Below are positions 37,201 through 49,058 of a stretch of 64,000 nucleotides of DNA, piece after piece (the stretch's first letter is position 1; every line of letters begins with the position of its first letter). Origin of the DNA: Flectonema sp. DT1601 (Eukaryota); contig OZ025786.1 in NCBI GenBank assembly GCA_964019425.1, positions 558,001 through 622,000 of the forward strand. Reading direction: 5' to 3'. The notes beneath the pieces are model-generated. The model ran no database searches, was not told the DNA's origin, and worked only from the letters and a program-made list of their open reading frames with translations. The position numbers and the translations under genes were made by a program.

Positions 37201-38384
37201 TTTGCTCTCTTTTTCTTTTTGTTGTAAACGAACCTTGTTTCTTGTTTATTTGTTTACCAGTAGTGATTATTCTCTGGCAACCTCGAATTTAGGGGTTTGT
37301 GTGTTTGTAATTTTTTTTCATTTATTTTCTTTTTAAAAAAAGTGTAGTTTGATTACTTGCGATTCGAATCGCCAAAAAAATGTTCTTCTTGTATGTTTGT
37401 AACATTTATCACGAGGTATGGACTTGGTTAAGTATCCCCCCTCCTGTAAGTACTTTTTTTAAATTAAAATGGCAAATCGCTCTTCATAAAGTAAACGTGT
37501 GCAAAGAATATTTTTGTTTGTTATTTACTGCATTTTTTTATCCTCTCATGTGATGGGATCTATCAAGTGAGATAATAACGAGTAAAGGTTTGTAGTCAGT
37601 ATTTTAATTTGTGTTGTCGTGCGGACAGAGCGAGTGTGTTCCTCTCGTTTTGTCTTTTTGCACTATTTTAGCACTGATACTAACGCGTACGAACATCAGG
37701 CAAGTCAGAATCCTTTGACAGGATTTACTACTTGCAGAGCTTGGCTTGCTGACTTTAATTAATACGTTGATCCATTGCTACGATATCATTTGTGATAACC
37801 ATTTTAGTAACGGTGCGTTTGTTGTCTATTTCATATTCCCTAAGAACCGGTCCAGTTGGTGTCGTTTACTTTACTTCTTTTTGCGCGAATCACATCCTCT
37901 CTGAGCTGCTTGTTATTCATTCACGATCTGTTGTTTTGTGACACCCTTTTTTTTTTTTTTTAATTTTTACTTTTTTTTTGTTATTTTAAAATGAGGTATC
38001 TTTTTTTTTCCAGAATTATCAGTATACGTACTGCCGGGAGGCTTTACGATGATTGCGGGATGTCAACCAACTGCTGCAAATACACTCTAGCGATGATTAT
38101 TTATTTCTTGTTGCTCCTGTATCAGCTACGCCGACTGCTTTTGGTACATTTAGTTGAATTTTTTATGTAGCGATCTAGACTTGCAAAAGTATTGATGGCT
38201 GTAACGTCCAATATTATTATTTTCTATTCTTTTTTTGAATTTTTCGTTCATTTTTTTGTTTTATAGTTAAATAGGTATGTTAAGCTGGGCAAGGTTGGAA
38301 AACTTAAGTTTTTGTTTGTCCTTTTTTTTAATTTTTCTATTAAATTAATTACATCCTTCCAGACGGACTCTTCGGAAACAGTTA

Positions 38385-38465
38385 CGGATTGGATCCTCTG
38401 TTGCTGTGAGTTACCCTCATAGGATGCAGCAACATTGTTGGATTATGTAACTTATACTAATAAAC
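38385..38465 (+). repeat. Dispersed hairpin repeat (GTGAGTTACCC family), copy A
   Basis: CGGATTGGATCCTCTGTTGCTGTGAGTTACCCTC...GTTGGATTA; homologous to 39312 and 40253. Confidence 0.85.
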
Positions 38466-39311
38466 TCATTCTAACTATTTTCTTTAACATCTCTTACCTT
38501 CTTATTAAGTCTCACGACTTCTTTTAACCGCCTAAACCTCTGCAATTATGGAACAGCATTTAATTACTCTTTCCTTGTTTTTTTTTCTTTTTTTAGTGAC
38601 CTTGAACATACAGAGCCGCGTCCCTGACAACTGCTTGTGTTGTACATTAGAAGTCAGCATTTCCTCTCTCATCTCTCCGGTGAGAGTCTTCGCGGTTGCG
38701 CATTATCGATCCGAATTGAATTTATCGGGGGTTGCTCCCCTTCTAAACTAACAGCAATGAAAACTAATTCACTAACTTTATTGAATCCCATCTCGGTCTT
38801 GTCTTTCCTGTTTACATTTTCTTTTGTTTTGCGACTATTCCGAATATTTCCCGGCCAAAAAAAAAAAAAAATTCAATAATTTACCTTTATTTACTTTCTA
38901 GTTTCCTTTCAACTTGCTCTCCTCGATATGGTCGCAAGGCCATAAGAGAGAGTGCCATGTAATATGAGTTGTTATGGCTGTTTAAAATATTTATTAAATT
39001 AGGGTACTCACCAGAAACTGAAATTCAGTTTTCTTGGTAGGCAGCCTCACTGCGTTTAGATGCAGTTGACAGTAGGAGTCAACATGCGAGTCTGTTGAGG
39101 CGATTTTTATTTTCTGTTTTCATTTTCTTGCTGTTAATCTCTACAATCGTGTAGAGGTGTTGAGTGAGTTATCTTTTACAACATTCTAAAAGGAGGTTTT
39201 CGATCTGCATCTTTTCTTTATCCAGTTTCGTTTCTTCTTTTCCTCTTTGTTTTTTTCTTTTTCAACTAATCTTCGCTCTTTAATGAAGTAGTTTATTTTA
39301 TAAACAGAAAA

Positions 39312-39480
39312 ACCCTCTTCTTGCTGTGAGTTACCCTCCTAGAGCCCTCATAATGTTACAGCAAACGTTGGATTACAAAACTAACTTTTCTTATATACTA
39401 ACTAACTAAGCTAGAATAAAGTCCCTAGAACTTACTGATGAAGGCCTCAAAGGGACGCGTTGAAAACTACATATTCTATT
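39312..39480 (+). mobile_element. GTGAGTTACCC-family repeat, copy B, followed by a CTAA tract and a hammerhead-like motif; probable retroelement remnant
   Basis: Shared hairpin, then CTAACTAACTAAG, then GTCCCT...CTGATGA...AGGGAC...GAAA. Confidence 0.55.
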
Positions 39481-40252
39481 ACCATTTGATGTTAGGAAAC
39501 TGCAGAAATGAATAATTTTTGTTTACTTTTTATATTTCTTTATTTAGAGTTATCCTTATTTTCTAATCTTACTTTTCTATAATTAAATACATAACACTAA
39601 CTACCTAAAAACTCTAAAATGTCACTGCACGAAAATTAGGTTGCTGAGATCGCGGAGCTTGTTGAAATCGATGGCCTGCGATGGCTGTCAATTATTTTAT
39701 TTAAATTTTTTTTATATTTCGATGGCAGCAAATCTCACAACTTGAGAAGTGTCGGCATACTATCTTAACTCTGTCATTGAAGACATCTCTAGTTTTAGAG
39801 TTCCTAACTCGTATTTTGTTTTATACAATCCTTTTTAAAAGAATATTCATAACCTTTGTTGTGAAGTGCATGCCATGTGAATCTCAAGGCATTGTTGCAC
39901 ACGCGATAAATGATCAGTGTGTCGTCCCTTTTTTTTTTTTTTTTTTTTCGTATTCTTCAGCGGTGTGTGGGGGGGGTGTTATTTTATTTGCTTTCCCAAA
40001 ACTAGGTCTTCTTTGTGAAGACACACCATCAACCTTTTCCCTGAAGTTCGCTATATAGCGAGGGGGCAAGTAAAGAAACGTCGGTACTTCTGTCAAAGCT
40101 GAGCAGATTATTATCACTTTTGTTTTGATTGAAATGATCCTTTTATTGCGGTGTACCTACGCCGCAGGTCTTTGTGTTGGAAAGCTGGAGATTGCTATTC
40201 ATTAATCTTTCAGTCGATGCTACTTACAACAATCCATGCGAAATCTATGGCT

Positions 40253-40380
40253 ACGGATTGAGTCCTCTGTTACTGTGAGTTACCCTCCTAGAGCACTCAT
40301 AATATACAGTAACGTTGGATTATATAACTAACTAATCATTAATACTAACTATCTAAAATTAATGATACTAACTAACTAAA
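40253..40380 (+). repeat. GTGAGTTACCC-family repeat, copy C, with CTAA-rich tail
   Basis: CGGATTGAGTCCTCTGTTACTGTGAGTTACCCTCCTAGAGCACTCATAATATACAGTAACGTTGGATTA followed by CTAA repeats. Confidence 0.85.
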
Positions 40381-40888
40381 CTTGTGTTGGTTTAGTATTA
40401 TTAATACTAACTTGTGTTGGTTTGTATTTTGTTGCTAATTTCCCAGTGGTGCGCGAAAACAATTTACTAAACCAGCTCTTTCACATCTCAAGGACATTAA
40501 TTTCATCAAAGTCGGTACTTCTCAAGCGAGGCGTTGTCTGATGTATTTCCCGTGCTGTTCTCACATTCGTGCTGATAGCTGTTAACTTCTTTTAAAACAA
40601 AACACCAGAAGCATTATTATATTTTATGTTGGTGTGATGTGACAAATAAATTTGTGCGCTTTCTATCTTGACCTGTTATTTTATATTTTTTTTATTCACG
40701 ACTGTGGTGGGATTCTAAAACTATCTATTACTAACGTCTTTTTGATTACCATTATTTTTATTTTTTGTCTTCTTTTTTTTTTATTTTTTATCACTTCTAC
40801 TCTCTGTCACTGTCTTGTCTTTTACAAGCAGTTGGTAGGTTCAGATTACTGTGAGTGCTTGGACTTTCCTTGAAATTCAGTAAAATGG

Positions 40889-40921
<33 letters not shown>

Positions 40922-41029
40922 GTGTTACTGATATGTTGCTATTGCAGAACTTTCTAACACAAAGATGGCTAACTCTAGCACCTGCCGAATAACTAATAAA
41001 ATATTACTTTAAAAAGAAGAAGCTTGGTA

Positions 41030-41133
41030 TTCTTCAGTGATTGCCTCACGGTTGTGTGTGGCACCGAATAACTGATGCCCACTTTGTGAGCTTTTTCTGG
41101 AGATTAGTTTCTTGTACTTGATAAATAAATACA
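41030..41133 (+). repeat. Dispersed short repeat with TAAA tail, copy 2
   Basis: Similar to 3040-3152. Confidence 0.55.
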
Positions 41134-41965
41134 TAACTGTGCGTCGTCTTCTCAACGAACAGTTTTGAAGATCCTTTGTTCCTTTCGGGGAACAGTTGAC
41201 TTTTTCTTTTTTAATTTTTTTCGTGTTTGTATTTGCCCCAAAGAAATTGGCTCTCCCTCTTTTTTTTTTTTTTTTTCTGTTTTAAAACAATGCTTTTATT
41301 GCTGGAGGAGGGGGGGGGAGTCACATTTCCTTTGATTTTTTTTGATTTTTTCAAACGAACGAAAAAAATTCCATTTTTTTTTTTTTTTTTTTTCCCGTTG
41401 TCTTTTTTTGTAATCACAAAATAAAATATCATGTGACTGGAAATAGAACTGATGTGACATACATGTCACGTATTCAGTAGGTGACTGATACTAGTTAAGT
41501 GAATTGAAAAAAATACTTCGAATTCACCTCCCAGAGTATGGGTTAGTCAACAAAAAAAAAAAAAAAGAAAAAAAAAAAGAAAAGAAAAAAAAAAAAGAGC
41601 AGTAAATCTTGCTCTTTTATTTTTTTAGTTGATGTTATTCCCATTTTTTTGAGAAAAAGAAAAAACTCTAAAATTTTCATTCATCCTCTCCCACGTTTCC
41701 TCCCACTGGTGATCACGGATCCCTACAGAAATATACTCTCTATTTATTTACTTACAGTCCTCACTTACTTATTATTGTTGCAAGGTGTACGAATTGACTT
41801 ACGATTATTTTATTAACAGGAAAACTGTAGAAATGATGATCTAGAATCTAACGATTGTTTTTCCCTCACCGCTACCCATTAGTATCCGTATCTTTTATTG
41901 TGTACAAAAATTTTAAGTTATTTTTTTTTTCCAGAACACGAGGTACTTTTACAGAGTTGTATGTA

Positions 41966-43174
41966 ATGAACTCGCCTGCAGTGCCGAAAGCACCAATTAA
42001 AAAATCAGGTAAGGAACCAGCTAAGCCGGGATCAAAGGCGAAGTCGTGGCTTTCGACGCTGGAAGATGATGAACTCGATGCAGAATTTGCAAATAGCAAT
42101 CTGTCGCAGAGGGAGAGTACTCATAAAGAGAGCAGCCCGAGTCAATTAGTATCAGGCGGAGCATTATTTTCAGATGCTGAGCGTTCGAATGACGACGATT
42201 TTGTTGATAATCTCAACTTCAACACCAATTCAATGGGATTCTCAGACTTTGAAATAGACATGCCAGTACCTGGACATTCAGTTGAAGAGATTAATTTCGG
42301 TACCCCAAGTATGGATTCAAATGCTACTCCAAAGATGGCTCCTGAATTACCTCCGCTTGGTGATGATGGAACTATCGATGCGTTTGTTGAATCGAAGATT
42401 GCAAGACCTCCTGTAATAAGTCTCTCAAAGAAGTCAGCTAGTCCACTAAAATCAGGAATGAGAACACTTAGTGCTGTCACTCCAACACCTTTACCACCAC
42501 CCAGAATCAAACCTGCTCCTAAAGTAGTTAAGCAATCACCACCAAAACAAAAACCAACATCAACACCATCTCCCAAACAGAGTACTGAAGTAACACTTAA
42601 ACTTGATGAGGATGATTCAATATCTCTGAACAAAAAGGATAGCCAGCCACTGACACCTGAGAAAGACAACAAAGATAAAGAACTAAAAACTACACGCAAG
42701 CCGCCTCAAAAGGAGAAAGAGAAGGAGATTACTAAGAAGGATAAGGAGATTACTAAGAAGGATAAGAATGCTAAGGAAGATGCTAAAAAGGAAAAAGAAG
42801 ATAAAGAGAAAGGGAAGGTAAACGACGCTACAAAAGCGAAGAAGAAGTGGAGTATGAGTGACTCTGAAAACCAGCAAAAGAAAATAACAGACTTCACAAA
42901 GAGCTCAGACCAACAAATAAAACGAAGAAAGGGAGAATCGAACTTGAAGGATATATTTGAGAATGTTGCTGACAACAAGAAGAACACTGACGGCTTTCCA
43001 ACTGAAATCCGACGCGGTTTAGCAACCCCAGAAATTAGAAAGTCGCAGGCGCTTCGATGGGTTTTCGACTCTTCGCTGAAGCTCAGTGGAGCGGATCTTT
43101 ATTCTCTTCTTTCTCTCGATTCGTATTCCTCAATAATTTCTGAGGCAAAAACGAAAGCACAAAACAAGAAATGA
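41966..43174 (+). CDS. Low-complexity Pro/Lys/Glu-rich, largely disordered protein
   Basis: Long ORF with first ATG at 41966, downstream of the T-tract CCAG acceptor at about 41933; internal KEITKKD repeat. Confidence 0.8.
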   Translation: MNSPAVPKAPIKKSGKEPAKPGSKAKSWLSTLEDDELDAEFANSNLSQRESTHKESSPSQLVSGGALFSDAERSNDDDFVDNLNFNTNSMGFSDFEIDMPVPGHSVEEINFGTPSMDSNATPKMAPELPPLGDDGTIDAFVESKIARPPVISLSKKSASPLKSGMRTLSAVTPTPLPPPRIKPAPKVVKQSPPKQKPTSTPSPKQSTEVTLKLDEDDSISLNKKDSQPLTPEKDNKDKELKTTRKPPQKEKEKEITKKDKEITKKDKNAKEDAKKEKEDKEKGKVNDATKAKKKWSMSDSENQQKKITDFTKSSDQQIKRRKGESNLKDIFENVADNKKNTDGFPTEIRRGLATPEIRKSQALRWVFDSSLKLSGADLYSLLSLDSYSSIISEAKTKAQNKK

Positions 43175-43677
43175 TGCCTCGCTCACAGTCCGTAGATATC
43201 CTCTAAGAGCACTTCACTGAGCAGGAAGTTAATTTTATACACAACATCTCAATGCTGGACATGACCCTGCCTTTGTAATTTCATTTTAAAATATGCGGGT
43301 ACGCAACCAATTGAATTGTATTTTTTTTTTTTTTTTGATCAATTTATTTTAATTTGAAACAAAAAAAAAAAAAAAATGAAAAAAAAAAAAACAAAGAAAA
43401 ACCTTTAATCGAATAATCTTAACCATAATAGCCTCGCCTTATATAATAATATCAGAAAGAAAGTTTTTTCCAAAAAAAAAAAAAAAAAAAAAAATAGCGA
43501 GCGAACCATTTCAATGATATTGTCTGCTATTTGTTATTATCATTTTCATAACAGGAATCAGGGGCCGGGCTGCAAATAGCTATTGGAACTTAAGAAATAA
43601 AACATCAAGAGCCTATTGAGGTGGCTACAGGTTTGAAATATCAACCTGATAGTGAAAATCATTATCAGGTGGAAGAT

Positions 43678-46600
43678 ATGGAAGATGAATTTAGCAGTAG
43701 TCTAGTCCCGGACGAGGAGTATATTCCAAACGCAGAAGTAGACTTAGAGACTGAAGAGATATCAAAAACTGAGAACAGCGAAGGAGCATTTGGTGAAGGT
43801 AAACTACAAACCTTATCTGTTGGGAATGTTTCAAAGCTCCCTGTTAATAATAAGCAACAGAATTCAAGTAGGAAATCGAGTGCTTGGTCTCGACTGTCCT
43901 TCGCAGAAGGAGCGCGTGACATCGATAGCGTCGTTAGCGATCAACTCAGAACATTTGAAGTTTACCCAACAGGAAAGCGACCTGGTTTTACGAATTTTAC
44001 AAAGACATCGCACTACACGATATTAACATTCTTACCCCTAGGATTGTTTGAACAGTTTCATCAGGTTTCTAATTTATATTTTCTATTAAATTGTATAATC
44101 GCATTCATACCTGACGTATCTCCAATTACACCTGTCAGTGCTTTGATTCCACTTCTGTTTGTGTTGACAGTCGCGTTATTTAAAATTGGATACGAAGATT
44201 GGAAACGTCACCAAGCTGACGCCAGAGACAATGCAGCACCAGTAACGATATTGGAAGGTGGGGAATGGGTAACTATTAAAAGTCAAGATGTTCAGGTCGG
44301 TGATATTATGAAAGTTCAAAGAGGTGATGCATTGAAAGCAGATGTTATAGTCATGAGCAGTGATGATCCTGATGGTGTGGCCTTCATAGAAACAGCTCAG
44401 CTCGATGGGGAAACAAATGTCAAACCAAAGAAAAGCTGCACAGAAACATCTCACATTACAGAAAAGAGTCAATTCCTACTTCCAGAAGAAGAAATGCGTC
44501 TGTCAATAGATCCCCCGAATGATAAACTCTATCGTTGGGAAGGTGTTCTTTATTATCACGGAGAGGCCTGTCCTCTAAATTTAAAAAACGCTATTTGGAG
44601 AGGTTCTTCAATAAGAAAAACTGAATGGGCCTTCGTCTGCGCAGTCTACGTTGGTCACGAAACAAAGCAAGGAATGAACCTCAAGAAGAGAACAACTAGA
44701 AAGATGTCATTAATGTTAGTAAAATTAAATATTGTATTGGCTTTAATATTCTTGTTTAAGAATGTATTGATTGTTTTCTTAGCAGGGTTGTCAGTTGACT
44801 GGGCAGATCGCAACGAATCACATTGGTACGTACGCCACTTTATTGATTTATACTCAAAAGCCTATCTAATGGGAATGAATTACATGACGTATTTCATTTT
44901 ATTTTCATTCATGATTCCGATATCATTATTTGTGACTGTTGAGATGTGTAAAGCTTGTCAAATTATATTAATGTCTTTCGATCAAGAAATGATGCATTGG
45001 GTACCTGAAAAGAGTGAATGGGTCCCTTGCAGACCAAAGACTTCAGATCTAAATGATCAGTTAGCTCTTGTGAAATATATCTTCACTGACAAGACTGGAA
45101 CTCTAACAGAAAATATTATGAAATACGTCGAGGGAGTCACTGCTTCCACTACCCTCCTTCCAAGTGGTGATCGCAAATGGATGCCACATCAGAGTGATAA
45201 TATAAATTTAGTTGGAGAAAGTTGTGACATCACTGCATCTCGAGCGTTTGATGGAGGATTTCAAAGTAATCGTTTTGGAGAGGCGTCAGACACTGCGAGA
45301 TTCTTGGCTGCGATATCACTTTGTCATACTGTTGTTCCTTTTGAAAATAAAAAGACCGGAGAGTTCACCTTTGAGGGATCCTCACCTGATGAAGTGGCTT
45401 TGGTTAAGTGTGCTCGAGATAATAGTTTTGTTTTAACAAAAAGAACAGCGAAAGTTGCAACCATTCGAGTTAATGACACAGATTACACTTATGATGTTGT
45501 TGAAGAGTTGGAGTTCACAGCAACTCGAAAAATGATGTCAATCGTACTAAAAGATCGCTACGATGAATTATTCATTATCTCAAAGGGTGCTGATAGCTCT
45601 ATAACAGTTCGTCTCCAACCTGGAAACTTATCACAAACAGACAAAGAAACAATTGATTCTCATTTAATAAAGTCAGCCCAAGCAGGACTGCGAACCCTCT
45701 GCCTAGCATGGAAACAGATACCAATGTCAACCTATGACAGTTGGAGGAGGGAGTATTTATTATACATTCAGAGTGTTGAAAAAAGTGATGAGAAATATGA
45801 TGCGCTATGCGACAAGCTGGAAAATGACTTAAACATTATCGGACTCGCTGCTTACGAAGACAAGTTGCAAGATGGAGTGCCTGACACGATTCGTTTTTTT
45901 ATGAAATCAAACATTGTTGTTTGGATGCTTACTGGAGACAAGTTAGAAACTGGCATTGAAATTGGAAACAACTGCGGGTTAGCAGACGGTTGTAAGGTTT
46001 TTAGTATTAATTTAGTTAAAGAGCAAACAAGAGAATATCATGCGGACACTTCTTTTGAAGAACGTCGGAAGAATTGCATCCAATTTGTTAAAAGAAAAAT
46101 GGAAGAAGCGATCAAAGAAGCAAAACAAGAACCAATTGTCTTAGCGATTGATGGTCTTGCACTCGACCACTCGATGACTGTTGAGGAACTGACTCCAATC
46201 TTCGTTGAGTTGTCTTCGTTAATAAAGTCAGCAATGTGTTGTCGTTTAACACCTGCTCAGAAAGGTCAAATTGTTGATCTTTTTAAGAGGAAAAGTAACG
46301 AAACAACCTTAGCCATTGGTGATGGAGCAAATGACGCCACAATGATAACAGCATCTGATGTTGGGATTGGTATTATTGGTCTCGAAGGTTCCCAAGCAGA
46401 GCTCGCTTCTGATTATGCCATCAGCCGCTTCCGCCACCTCAAGCGACTCGTTGCTGTTCATGGTCGCTATTCACTTTATCGGAACTCAATGTGTATTGGC
46501 TTCTCTTTTTATAAAAATATGTTTCTTGTCGTTCCACAAATTCCATTTGCGTTTTCATGCGCGTTTTCTGGGATGTCACTTTATGATGGATGGCTGTTGA

Positions 46601-47440
46601 CGATTAAGAATACAGCTTTCACATTCCTACCTCCATTCTTTATGGGATGTTTTGATAAGGATATTCCTGAAGAAGTACTCGAAGATCCAATTTCAGGTCC
46701 GCAGTTACTATCTGAGTTAGGGAAGAAAGGATCATACCGAGTTGGTGTAAAGATGATGTTTCCTTGGTACTTAGCAGCATTTGTTCATGGAGTAATGGTG
46801 TATGTTATAGCTCTCGGATACTTAGAATATGAGGATACAGATGTCTCTGGTGGTAAAGTATCTGGTTTATACACAACTGGTACATCTATCTTCTCTTGTG
46901 TGGTTGTCACAGTTTGCGCTAAGGCTCTTATTCATATTAAGCAGCTTTCAATTATTCAATTCTCAGGAGTTTTAATATCGATTCTACTCGTTCCTATAAC
47001 TTTGTTGTCGTTGTCGGCCTTCGAAATGTTCTTCGGCTACTCCCACATGTATTTGGTTGCTTTTTATTTAATGGAAGATCCGAAATTTTATTTATTTTTA
47101 ATAATAACATCTGTTGGTGTCTTATCGGTGTGTGACCTTAATGTGTTGTACATTCAGAAACATAAGGTATGTGTTGATTTTTTTCTTAAAAAAACTGAAA
47201 TGTTAATTTTTTATTAATCAAAAATAAAACTCTACAACTCTACAGTTTCCAAGCCTCCGCGACCTTTGGCAAGAATTGTATCCTTATAAAGTGAATTACG
47301 CTGCTAGACCATTATTCGGATGCCCAATGACAAAGAGCAACAGGGTAGTTCCAAAGGCAGAGTGCACACTTGAAATGACCGAAAAAAAGGAGCAACATCC
47401 TTCAAATTCTCCCTGGTGTAAAGATCCGAATGATCTATAA
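43678..47440 (+). CDS. P4-type ATPase (phospholipid flippase); exons 43678-47166, 47246-47440
   Basis: LDGETN, IPISL, DKTGTLT, SPDEVALV, KGADS, MLTGDK, CCRLTPAQK and AIGDGAND motifs; phase-0 intron GTATGT...CTCTACAG. Confidence 0.96.
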
Positions 47441-48104
47441 AAACGACTCTCTGATTGGTAATTCAAACAATAAAAAAGTAAGAGAGTGACACTACTGATT
47501 CCCGTTCCCTCTTTCCATTTTTCTTTTTTGTCTCTTGTTGTTGTAAATACATAGGATTGGTTGGCACAGCGTCAACCCAATTTTACCATTTTCTTTTTAA
47601 AGAAGAATAATATTAACCCATAAGAACTCTACCTATCCTTAAGGACTCTAAAAGAATTGAACAGATGTCTCGATCTGTTTCCTTTTGTTAAATCGAATAA
47701 AAAAACGTCATCTCGTCTCCTTGAAAAGAACTGTTCGCAACCTCCTCCCTTTTGAGTTTTTGTTCACTTTTTCACATTTGTTTCAATTTTTGGTTATTTA
47801 ATTTTCGTTTCGTAGAAAAACACTTTTTCTTTTCTTCTTTTCTTACTTTGGTCCGGAACAGTTAAAGCTTAAAACTGACTGTCTCATCCGATTTTGTGTT
47901 TCTTACGGATTGGTATCGTTCGTGTTCCCAAGTTTCGTGATACTCTTTTAAAGTCTTTGGTCTCTTTCCAATTAAGTGATGAGATCAATTAGGTTTTTTT
48001 ATTGTCTTTCATGGTATGGAATGTACGTGTGATTATTTCATTGAAAGAAAGGTTTTTATAAATTGAATACCTCTATAGAAAAGACATTTTTATTTATTAC
48101 TCCC

Positions 48105-48467
48105 CATCTCCATTATAACCTGTTGGGAATCCTTCCGGCACAATCGCTGGTTCATTACCTTTTAGTCACTGTATCTCAGAACTAAAGTTAAATTATCGTT
48201 AATTTGTTTTTATGATACAATACATTTGTATTTTACGTACAAACTCGAAAGGTTAAATCCCCGTCTCCAATACAACTTCTTGGGAATCCTTCCGGCACAA
48301 TCTCTGGTTCATTACCTTTTAGTCACTGTATCTCAGAACTAATGTTAAATTATCGTTAATTTGTTTTTATGATACAATACATTTGTATTTTACGTACAAA
48401 CTCGAAAGGTTAAATCCCCGTCTCCAATACAACTTCTTGGGAATCCTTTCGGCACAATCTCTGGTTC
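48105..48467. repeat. 157-bp tandem repeat, about 2.3 copies
   Basis: TGGGAATCCTT at 48124, 48281 and 48438. Confidence 0.93.
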
Positions 48468-49058
48468 GAGTTACCCAGATTCCCGACGGTCATCTACTAA
48501 CTTCCGCTGAGAAGGAAAATACTTGCTGATGAAGGATAAGGGGACAAGACATTGATGCCTAACTATATTCTAAAGTGTTATATAATACGTTTCCCTCCTA
48601 ACCACGCGGGGTATTTGTGCTTCTAGTGCTTATAGCATCTGCTCAACGAAGCCAGAAAAAACGATGCGATGAGACGTTCCCTTCTTTTATCTTTAGGTAG
48701 AGTACGCTCCCCTTTTATTATTGGTTGGCATGCAGTTAATAGGAAAACGTTAAGCTTCGTAAAAGAAAACTATTCCTAGTTTTTCATTGTTTTTCTTTTT
48801 TATATTCCTTTTTTTTCTTTTTTTTTTTTTTTGTTATCCCAAAAAGAATACAACAGGTTCGTCCTTCAGCCACCTGCGTTAAGATGTCTCTGAAAGAGAG
48901 CCGTCGTCTGTTCTTGTACAAAAGTAATCTCTAAAATAATAATTATTTTCATAAGCTTCACACACTAACGGAAGCTGTCGGAACGTGTGATTGTAACAGG
49001 ATGCTGTTTTCGTATTATTTAATTCAGTTCTACTTTGCAACAGACACCTAAGCGAACG

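Noticed and set aside
42142..42987. Antisense ORFs up to 185 aa (also within the P4-ATPase, POR and PFR-like genes)
   Set aside because: Shadow frames of + strand coding sequence.
43621..43677. ORF-track non-ATG starts (also 14915, 24689, 26582, 41855, 49035)
   Set aside because: In this eukaryotic context I used downstream in-frame ATGs; for eIF3j copy 2 I used the ATG after the acceptor, matching copy 1.
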